Shown here one piece after another: positions 54,216 to 64,000 of a stretch of 64,000 nucleotides of DNA (position 1 is the first letter of the stretch; the number at the start of each line of letters is the position of its first letter). The stretch comes from Hydrolagus colliei (lineage: Eukaryota). The position numbers were made by a program, and so were the translations under genes. The stretch lies in NCBI GenBank assembly GCA_035084275.1, contig CM068759.1, forward strand, positions 3,348,001-3,412,000, written 5' to 3'. The notes below the pieces were generated by a model that was given only the letters and a program-made list of their open reading frames with translations, searched no databases and was not told the DNA's origin.

Positions 54216-55364
54216 ATCAGATCTGTCAAAGGCCTCGGGATGTCCTTCCGACACGAAAGGCCCTACTTAAATATTAATTTCTGCTGCATTGTATTAAAAT
54301 GAGTTATTCATATACACAGGCTTGTTCACTCCAGCTGTACTCTAATGTTAAAGTTATCAGCATTCTTTTAACAGGGATATCAATACTTGTTTTCTGTTTC
54401 ATATTCCAACTTGATGTACGTGGGGACCAAAACAATACCTCTGTATTCTGTAAATACAGCAACTGTCCATAGTGATTCAGCATTCCTCCAGGAATGATAG
54501 GCACTATACCAGGATTATTATTTCCTCCACTGGAGCTATATATCCTAATCCCACATTCCCTATCTATATCCCCTGTACATATTATTTTGTTTCTTTTCAA
54601 ACACTTCAATTCGCTTTCAAGGGCTGTGCACTGAATACAGAAACAGCCAGTGTTTATTTTGGTATGTGGTGATGGCATTTTTAATATTGTTTTCCCTGTT
54701 AAAGTATTCTTAGGTACCTTTTTTGACCTATCGAGACATTAAAGTCTTGCAAACCTTGATGATCAATAATATTTCTTTAAATATTTTATGGTAGTGTGCG
54801 TTCTTTTTGCGTTCAACTCCAAATATATATTTGGAGTTGAAAGAATAATTTAGTGTGATGGTAGATTGAAATCTTAAAAGAGAATATTTTTGCAGCTTTC
54901 ACCGTGTTGTCAACATTACTTTCAGAAATTAAAAGACAAGTGTTTAAACAAATGCACCTCCAGTTTATCAAATGCTGTGGTTTAGTCGAGTAAATGCTGG
55001 ATGATGAATTGAATCTATGAGTAAAGACAACTTTGCCATGCATAATATTGGGTCCTTATTAATACCATTCAGACTTTGTAAACTTTCACTTGGTAAAAGG
55101 ACTGGAAATTCAACACATTTCATTTAGTTTAGTCAATGATTCATGACCAATAACCAATTAGTCACAAACGAATGAACATTTAATTTATCTCCTAATTGAA
55201 GACTGCTATGGACATGACCACAATCTTTACTCATCGCTAAGGGTCTAACGTGTGGCGATTTGTAATCGATGTTGCAAATAGGGACCCCTGCTGGTACTTG
55301 AAAGTGTGTTACACTGGCCTGTGGGATTCCTGCAATCTTCCTCTAAGCGCTAACCACATGCATT

Positions 55365-55470
55365 TTAATAACAATAATCCTTGCATTTGAATCAGCACTT
55401 TTCATGTCTTCGAGACGTATGAAAGCGCCTCACATAATTTACTGTAAAGTGTATCATTGTGGGGGCGAAA
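55365..55470 (-). mobile_element. SINE 3' fragment
   Basis: aataatccttgcatttgaatcagcacttttcatgtcttcgagacg. Confidence 0.8.
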
Positions 55471-56974
55471 AACACATGTTTTTCACTTACATTAGCGATC
55501 TAAACACAGCGAGTGACACTTTCTAAACCGTGTTGCCGAATCTTACAAATATTACACTGATCTTTAAATTTGAACCAGATTTACTCATTCTCATATTTAC
55601 TCAGTTTCCTTGTCATCTCCCTGCAGAAGTTCTTCAATCATCTTGACAGCAGATATGGGAATTCAGTCTATGCACACATGATTGTCGTTGACATCATTGC
55701 ATATGTTCCATCGCTCATGCAAACAGCTAAAATGCTGTCAAGTGGAAACACGATCATTAAAGAACACGGAGGAAGATGAAAGTAGCAGAAAGTGCCAGAG
55801 AAAGGTAGATAATAGAATCAATGATTATGTTGCAATTACTCAACTACACAATATCAGATAATTACTTTGTGGGCAGTTATCTAACTGATTAATTGTCCTA
55901 AGGAGATGTTATTCATAACAATTACTGAATTAATTTTAAAGATAGAGGACTTGGAATCAAATGGCCTAAAATGCTTTTATCTAATTTGGTCTTTTGAAAC
56001 GTGATTGCCAAAATTTCATTCATGCAGTAAAGGCTATTATGAAGCAACATATTTAATATATATGTGTACTACCATTCATAAACACGTAAAACATAATTAA
56101 TATACATTACATTAACCTCAGCCAGACACAATCTATTCAATTTAATTGGACAGCAGCCTTGCCTACTAACGCCGTGATGTTTCGACTATTTGGGGATTCG
56201 ATGTCAGCAAGGTCAGATATCATGCTATGAAACCAGCGAGGGATTTGCAGTTGTATTTGCTTTCTGGGTCATGTCTTAAGAGTGATTGACATTAGTTCCT
56301 TGAATTTTTACTGATTTGTCTGCGACTCAACTTGTCTTAGCTGAATTTAATGAAAAGCAGTGAAGGGTGGCCTTGCAACAGTAGCTCAATTCTTGCGGAC
56401 TCACGGTTCAGAGTTCTCTGCGATAACTGTCCGATTTCAGTATTAATGTACTGTGTTGCTTTAATGTGTCAGCTGGTACAGTATTGGAATTGCATACCCC
56501 ATGCTCTCGATCATTTAATGATTTAGGGAAAATGCAGCATTGTATTTGTCAATTATTCCTGGGTCTTTGAATGCAAGAAACATAGAATCAAAGATTCATC
56601 CTCAGTGATCTGAGTAAAGCAACTACAGACTCTTGAAATTAACCTCCACCACATAAAGACAACTTATGATCTTCATGATGAATGATACTACAAAGAATAT
56701 GTATAAAAAGTGAGCCTTCTTTAGCACAGAGAAGTCAGACATCATTACAGGCAGTGTTACCATAATTTGGGGTCAACAAACTTTACTTTAACCAAACTTC
56801 TCAGCATTTTGCAAGTTTCCCAATCCATTAAATATCCATTCAGGAGGAAACAGTAAAGGAATATCTTTTACAAAAGGTAAGCCAAATACAGTCCCCACTG
56901 TTTGACAAACTTTTTCTCCCTTTGCCGTTGACTATTTGAAGTAAGAAAAAGTGCAAGTGTCAGTATTGTTGCTG

Positions 56975-57303
56975 GTTTTCAAGAGGACATCTCAAAATGC
57001 TTCACAGGGTTTAGGGTAAAGTGTAGCAACTATGCACAGTACTTTGTAGGCGAATGAGGCAGCCAACCTGTGCACATCAATTTCCCACAAACAGCCATTA
57101 AGTGAATGATCCATGAATACTGGGAGAAAATCCCTTCTCTTTTCGAGCTGCGATCTTTAACATCCATCTGTTAAACCAACACCCCGGTTTAATGTCTCAT
57201 CCGAAGGACGGCATCTCAGACTATGTAAATATGAGCGCAAAGTCCCGGGTTGGGGGTTTTCTGACTTAGAAGCAAGCGCTACCAACTAGGCTTGGGCTGA
57301 CAC
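56975..57303 (-). mobile_element. Old DeuSINE (SacSINE1-like)
   Basis: ggcagccaacctgtgcaca...cccacaaacagc and ggtttaatgtctcatccgaaggacggca. Confidence 0.8.
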
Positions 57304-59734
57304 TTGATCGTGAATGTTAATAAATTATAAGAATAGTGACAATCACAGATTTGACACCGTGCGCATGACGAAAAACATTATATGATTAAATTCTAAGCCC
57401 TTGTCATTTTACCTGTCCTCAGCAGGTGCACGTTCAAAGAACGAGACTAGGCAGCAGCGCCTTATTTTCTTGATCTGCCAGCTTTAAGATTAAATGCTAG
57501 AGGCCCTCATCTCTGTAATATATAAGCATCCCTTTCTTAGGTTGTCACCCAAGCCATATTACTAAGAATAAACCAAATAAAGATTACTCTTGAAAGGCAA
57601 CAGATTATTGGTGGAGGATTAGAAATCCAGTCTAATCTCCACAAACATTAAATATTTAACATTTTGGAATGTAGGTGACAGCACGATATTTGCACATTTC
57701 AATTACATTTGCATCAATTAAATAAAACATAAGGGCGGAAAAATAAAACTAACTGAAAACACAACTCTAGAAACCAATGATTTAATTATTGCTTACACTC
57801 TGATTAACACCGCAATTTTCGAAAGGCGGAATAAATACTCAGAACGGATTCACATGGGAATAGATGCCAAATGATTCAAGAGATAACATGTCACACTGTG
57901 CTTCAAAAGCATTCCCAGGAAACAAGTGTGGAAACTACAGTCCAGGCTGTTTACAAACTTTATCTGACATATTTTATATTCCCTCCGCGTGAGCAAAGAA
58001 GAGATAATCCAGATCCAAATTAAGCAGTTACAGATGTCGTTCCATTTCCATAATTATTTTCTGTTCATGACAAATAGAAATTGGACTAATATTTTGGGAC
58101 ACACATCAATGCCACCATATGTCACACTACATCATTGATCCCTCGCACTGCAAGATTAGATAGGTGATTGGAGAATTCAGTTTACTTGCTTTGGACAATA
58201 TTTAATAGCCATCACAGCTTCCGATTCAAAAAATCTCACTCACATAAAATATTTATGAAATGGTCCAATCGTTTCCAGAATTCTGTATATACAGAGTGTG
58301 ACTGTGTGTGGATAATATCCAGTTTCAGATTTGCGTCAGTCACGCAGTTCCAACTGCAACCACAGAAATGCTTTGCACAACTTAAACTTTTCCTTGTACA
58401 CGTTTATTTTTCCAAATGTTTTTAATGTATTGTGCAATTAAGGCTACATGGTTAATGACTTCATATAATGCAGAGCAACCATAGGAACTGAAGTGTTGAT
58501 GCAAGTGGCTATAAGAAACCCACATCACAGACGTAGAGTATTGTGTGATAGCTGTGCAGAATTTATCAAGGGGACACAAAGCATTAATATGGGAGATGTA
58601 TACTGCTTATGTGGCTGGTGGGCCCACCCGAGACATTAGATGAATGAAGCTTATAGTTCTCTCACATATTTGTTCCTGTGCTAAAGCGGGTAGACAGTTT
58701 ACCAACTTACAGCAGACCCTGGAGGGTGTATGTGAGTTATACCTTATCAGATGTGGGAGAATAGTGAGCCTTTATCCATTTGTGTCGTGTATAAACAGAT
58801 TAGGACTGTGGCAGCCATCAGTCAGACTTTATCTGTGGACGTTACACTCCAGTCTCCAAAGGACCCTAGAAAAAGAGTAATCCCCCATTTATATTGGTTG
58901 TTTTTCAATTTATCGAAAAAGACAAGTTCGCTCTAATTATATCTTGTGTTTCAGATGAAGTATTACTTGTCATTATTAATGATGTTATATTTCACTCCAA
59001 CAGGGGAAAGCTGCTACTGTGAGAAACCACATGCAACTGACTCGCACTCGCAACCGCTATGTTGTCATTTTTCAGGCCAGAAACCTAACAAAACCTTTTG
59101 CACTCTCTTTCGGAGAGTTGAGAATGTGCTCCTTTCTTTTCTATTGGTGCACGAATGCTGAAGCGCAGTGCGGTGGGAAGCAAGTACAGTAACGTTTTGA
59201 AAGCAATGACGATTGCAGCAAAATCCATCGCCAAACACGAGAAGAGGTTAAAAATCAATAGAGAAGCGTAAAGCTGCCACATACTTCGCCCTTGTCTCAT
59301 GTATATTGTGCCTAAAACCCTTGACAAGGCTGTGGAGCAGCTGGGCACAGTTGGACACAAATAGCAACTCGTTTTAATGGCAATGATCTTTCCGCTCATT
59401 TTTAAAAAAAAATCTAATTAGAGTGGACTTGTCCTTCAAGGCATTGTTTGTCAACCAGACTGAACAAAAAAGGGAAGGAAGAAAACAACAAGGAGATGGC
59501 AATGTTACAACGCAGGTGGAATTCAAAAATGGAACTTCCATGCATTGTGACCTTTTCTAAGAGCAAGTAAGATTGTTTTTTGATGGAGTGGTGGGGCGGA
59601 GTGATGTTAGGATCAGCATAGACCCATATCTCCAGCAGAGATAATATCCATCTAACATTGAGATCTTATCTCTGAAAAGGAGATGGATCATTCAGATCCT
59701 AACCTTCCAAACCGAAACATTTTAGTCCACTTCA

Positions 59735-59952
59735 TCAGAGAGAAACTCCCTCTCTCTTCTGGATTAGCGCAATGGGATCTTTAAAGCAGACTTCATGACT
59801 GTTTGTGGGGTACTGGTGTGTGAATGGGCTGCTGCATTCACTTACAAGTACGCACTCACTCCACAATTCAGTAAGTCTTGTGAAGTGTTTTTGAGATATC
59901 CTCTTAACAGAGAAGGCTCTATACCAGATGCAAGGATTACCAGTATTATTAT
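59735..59952. mobile_element. Minus-strand old Deu fragment joined to a plus-strand truncated SINE
   Basis: actccctctcttctggattagcgcaatgggatcttt (rc Deu) then catgactgtttgtgggg...gatgcaaggatt. Confidence 0.65.
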
Positions 59953-60244
59953 AGTACTTCATTAAGGTCCATACTTACCTATATTTTAATGTAACAAAAT
60001 CCATGTCTTTTTCAGATTACTGAATCGGCCAGTTTCCAGGTGCTTTCTCGCCAGCACATAAAAGCAGAGGAGGTGTGGTAGCTGTGCTTTTTGCGAATAC
60101 CAAGCGAGCAGAACCTGAGATGTGACAATGCCACATAAGCTGCCAGACACACTTTCCTCAGCTCAGAATAACAGCCCTGGTGATTAAAGATGGAGCTCCT
60201 CAACTCTGTTACACAACAAAATTAACAACCATCATAATAAAGGC

Positions 60245-60316
60245 ACCGCTAAACTATGCACTCAATTTACTTCCTTAGGAAGTAAAGGAAGTAGATTCAG
60301 TGCATAGTTTAGCGGT
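60245..60316. repeat. 72-bp hairpin (32-bp arms, 8-nt loop)
   Basis: Outer 18 bp accgctaaactatgcact / agtgcatagtttagcggt are perfect; 2 mismatches in the inner 14 bp. Confidence 0.9.
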
Positions 60317-60317
60317 A

Positions 60318-60513
60318 AATAAAACAACAAATTGGTTATTTCAATCCACGACTGTTTGTGGGGACGCTGCTGTGCGCAATTGGCTGCTACGTTTCGCCCA
60401 CAAATATATAGTCAATTCACTTTATAGTATATTCTGTGAAGCACTTTGAGATGTCTAGAAGACGTGAAAAGCGCTATATCAAATGCAAGGATATTATTAT
60501 TAGTATTATTATT
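60318..60513 (+). mobile_element. 5'-truncated, well-preserved Deu-domain SINE
   Basis: Near-consensus core and tail with (ATT)n end. Confidence 0.9.
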
Positions 60514-61785
60514 AAACAGCACACCGGATGCATAGGATTCTGTGATAGTTAAAATATTCCATGGTTTACAAAATGATCAGATCCAGGAGATGCATCGCCA
60601 CATGTACAGCAACCTTGTGGCCACAAACATTTAAAACATCATCCTCAGAAATAAAACATTGCCACTTCTGCTCCTTTGATCCGATTCTTAATGTAGATTA
60701 CAGGGTTTACCCTACCTCCTCTATCCCACACTCCCCTTCTTGACTTTTTAAACAGTAATAATGAAGACATTAGGTATGAATGAACTTGAAACCAAACCGA
60801 AGAACTATACCGGTGGTACTAAAGATGTTTTCATTGCGATAAAGGAAATTCAGATTGAGCCAATTCTAACCACCCAAACTCTATACAGTATTTTGCCTGT
60901 GGTGTAAACAGTAAGGAGTCGCATATCACAATCTACTAAATTAACACAAGCCCTTTAAAATATTCTGCTGCAGACTCGCTGCTTGTCAATAAAGCTCAAT
61001 TTATCAAAGGAAGCAGAGACACTTGAAAAATTGTACCAATTTCATGCAAACAATTCTCCGGAAAACTCCCTTGGCTGATTATTGACAGGTTTGGCCATTC
61101 TCCTGTGGTGAACTAATCAAAGTGACAATTTTGCTTTTCGCCTCAATATGACTTGTTCGCCTCCCGCTGCGCCAAAAGAAAAGCTGAAGCATGGAAAGTA
61201 TCAATTATAGGTGCGTTTACAAGCCCGCTGGAAGCGCGTTGGCAAATTCACAGATGCAAAATTGTCTCCTTTTGTCGAGGCGGTTTTGCATTAAGAGGCA
61301 GGTTTAGAGCAGTTAACCAGCCGTGAGAATAATCATTTTGCCAGGACAAAATAAGTTCTCAATTGGGCAAGCTGGGATACAGTTACCAGAGATAGAGAAC
61401 CGAGGGCAAGAAACTTGCTGCTCCCACCTCTGTTGTAGGCACTTTGGCATTGACAAGACTAAGCATAGGGATGCTTAAGCAATGGGAGGAGATTGCCTCA
61501 GGAAATGGGAATGATTGGCTGAGAACAGAGAACACAGGTGCTAACTTGGGTTTGGGCATTCGCTTGTGAAAACTTTGCGGTGTGAACTGCGCATCGCTTG
61601 TCCACCGGTTGAAACTTTTGCAGATATCCTCCACTGGATTGCCTGTGGGTGTCCTAACCCCCCGGTGGATAAGGTGCTGCCCTTACACCCAGGAGAGGAG
61701 AGCAATGATGGGGAAATGTTTCTGTCGCGGCAAATGTTGATCTGCGTCTCCGCAAAAGAAGAAATGGCCATTCGGGCGGATGTAC

Positions 61786-62093
61786 ATAATAATAATCCAT
61801 GCATCTGAAGTAGCGCTTTTCACAACTTCTAGGCGTCTCAAAGCACTTCACAGAGTGTGCTGTAAAGTGACTTGACTGCATAAATGTTGGCGAAACGCGG
61901 CAGCCGATTGCGCACGGCGGTGTCCCACAAACAGTCGTGCATTGAAATGACCAATTTATTAGTTGGGTTTTCAAAGGATTATTATCAGGCGTGTGGCGTA
62001 AGGAAACTTGGCCGAGGTTTTAGCCCCTCGGGAATCAAACCCAGGTTTCTCACTTGTAAAGCGAGTGGTCTAACCACTGAGCTACAGGACTCC
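61786..62093 (-). mobile_element. Full-length tRNA-headed Deu-domain SINE
   Basis: Reverse complement begins ggagtcctgtagctcagtggttagaccactcgctttacaagtgag. Confidence 0.92.
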
Positions 62094-62259
62094 AATTAGC
62101 TGACATCAATTAGCTCTTTAGTTTAGGTAATCATAGTTCGATATCTATTGCCTGTGGAATTTCACCAGTCTTACCCAAAGTGACTGTGCCAAAAATCAAG
62201 GTCACTGTGACCCTCAAAGCCACAGCTCGATTCCAGTCGCAAAGGACATCTTCGCAAGA

Positions 62260-62730
62260 TCTATTGTTGTTTGACACCATTGCTTCCTTTGCCAGCACCA
62301 AACCCGCTTTAAAAACACTCCTCCATTAATCCTGGGCCTGGAAACTCAGGCTCTTTAGATCATTTACTTCAGATATGGTCTTCTCCTGAGATTCCTTCAA
62401 TTTGTCCTCATCCTCCTTGGAACAGTGATGGCAACGACGATAAGAACAAGTGCCATGTTGCTGTCCTGTTGATGACAGCTTTGAGTTTGAATTATAGCTA
62501 CTGTGTGCGCAGGTCACTTAAGTATTCAGAAACTGCAATGTGCCTACATTTAATTGGATCCACCACAGCTCTGGAAACCTGCTGCTGAGATTTCGAACTC
62601 TGTTAGAAACTGGGAGCCTCTGTCCGTGGCATAGAATAGTTTTGTCGTGGCCAAGTTTTATTGTGCCATCAGCAAAAATGGCCCAGAGTTGGAGATTAAC
62701 TTTGATTGTCAAGTCAGTTACCATTCATTG
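62260..62730 (-). mobile_element. Highly decayed CR1 ORF2 fragment
   Basis: IFADGTIKLG resembles KFADDTKLG; KEDEDKLKESQEKTISEVNDLKSLSF resembles KDIDKLERVQRRATKMI.GL..LSY, in the expected order. Confidence 0.6.
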
Positions 62731-63159
62731 GTAACCGAAGTCTATAAAGCTGCAACTTGACAGTGTTACACTTGCACGCTTGCAGATCTGAACTAATATG
62801 TTTCCTTCTCTATAGGTTAACTGAACATCTGATCTAAAGATACGCAGCAAAAATTAAAGTGGTGGAACAACATTTTGTTATCTGAAATAAATTTAGCTGA
62901 TGCCTTCTCAGTAGAATGGGATTCCTAAAGGAGAAAGCGCCAGGATAGTCTCACAGCAAACTCCACCTTATCTGCTCCCTTTGTTTGCGGCTGCTCTCCT
63001 TGGCCAATCAAATTTGCAAATCACCCCTTCCTTTACCTACTTTGGTCTTTTGTCCCTGATATTTTTAACGCTCATGTCTCCCCCTTTGCCAGTTGCTATA
63101 ACCCTCGTCACTCTCGTCATTATCCCACTTTGTCCACTCACACCCTTTTGTGCTTATTA

Positions 63160-63345
63160 TCTGAAACAAAAACAGAAGTTGCTGGGGAAACTCAGCAGGT
63201 TAGGCAGCATCCATGGAGAGAGGAAAAAGAGTCAACGTTTAGGGTCTCCAACCACTTTCTTGTCTATTTTATACCAGGGGCCGCCTGCAATTGCATTGGT
63301 GAATCTCAAACACTGTTGACCTGCTGATCAACTCTGTGTTAAAAC
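63160..63345. mobile_element. Penelope-like terminal repeat remnant (common chondrichthyan repeat)
   Basis: aaaacagaagttgctggggaaactcagcaggttaggcagcatccatggagagag with an inverted echo tgacctgctga downstream. Confidence 0.55.
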
Positions 63346-64000
63346 AGTATGGATCAGTCTCTTCACTGCCAATAATGCCAAGTGGGACTGGATTGATAGC
63401 AATCTAGTCATAAACTATACAGTACGTATTTGAAGCTGCAACTCACAATATTAAGCTTGTACATTTGTAGCTCTGAACTACATTTTCTGTCCTACATTTA
63501 CAACGCATAATAGATTCAATTTGATCATTGTAGTATGTCAAATTTGTTATGAAACGTCGCACATAACCTCTCCTCCCTGCCCCTCCCCCACCATATTGTA
63601 AGAAAATATTGCTGGTATTCTTCATTTTTAGCCTTTAAACCGAAAATGATCAGTGCTGAGATTGAGAGAGAGATATAGAGAAATACATACTCAGGAGAGA
63701 CTTACAAGATTGAAAACTCATCAAGTTTCCGATCATGGCATTGTCTTGAGTAACTGATGAATCTCATCCAGAGCACTTTAGGAATCAGTTCTGAACCTTT
63801 CACTTCAAATCCTTCTCATCAACAAAGCTCTGTGCCATTACACAGCAAACGCGGTTTCTCTCGCAACAATTAACATTTCAACGGAGTCGCTAAGTCTCGC
63901 AGCCGTGCTCAATGAGAGTAGTAACACTCCATTTGTGATGTTCGTAATGCAGGTTTACATGAACCAATTTCCAGTAGATTAGAGGAAAATTTCACAGTCA

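Noticed and set aside
53690-54229. 179-aa ORF as a host gene
   Set aside because: Frameshifted L2 ORF2 C-terminus ending in an L2 tail
61540-61780. CpG-richer stretch as an island or gene (also 3740-3900)
   Set aside because: Too short, with no coding or structural signal; probably unrecognised old repeats

Overview
AT-rich eukaryotic, repeat-rich, mostly non-coding DNA with one assembly gap (38876-39105). The repeats (tRNA-headed Deu-domain SINEs with L2-type tails, L2, CR1, Penelope-like and TA-flanked Tc1/mariner-type MITEs) point to a cartilaginous fish, probably a chimaera such as Callorhinchus (inference). Almost all ORFs in the track are spurious or TE remnants, and I can name no host gene. 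The best gene signal is the 5' end of a minus-strand gene: a microsatellite-rich promoter-like region near 38.7 kb, two exons with good donors (ending at 38624 and 37564) and a clean 133-nt exon 34 kb downstream (3422-3290). The main CDS would lie beyond position 1. These exons splice into a 51-aa or 54-aa ORF depending on acceptor choice, a candidate uORF or microprotein. Other oddities are a 93-bp-arm foldback, a hairpin fused to a headless SINE, a 46-bp duplication around a bare retroelement tail, and recurrent tail-outward retroelement pairs. There is no CRISPR or prokaryotic system. Repeat family names come from recalled motifs, not database searches, and boundaries are approximate.
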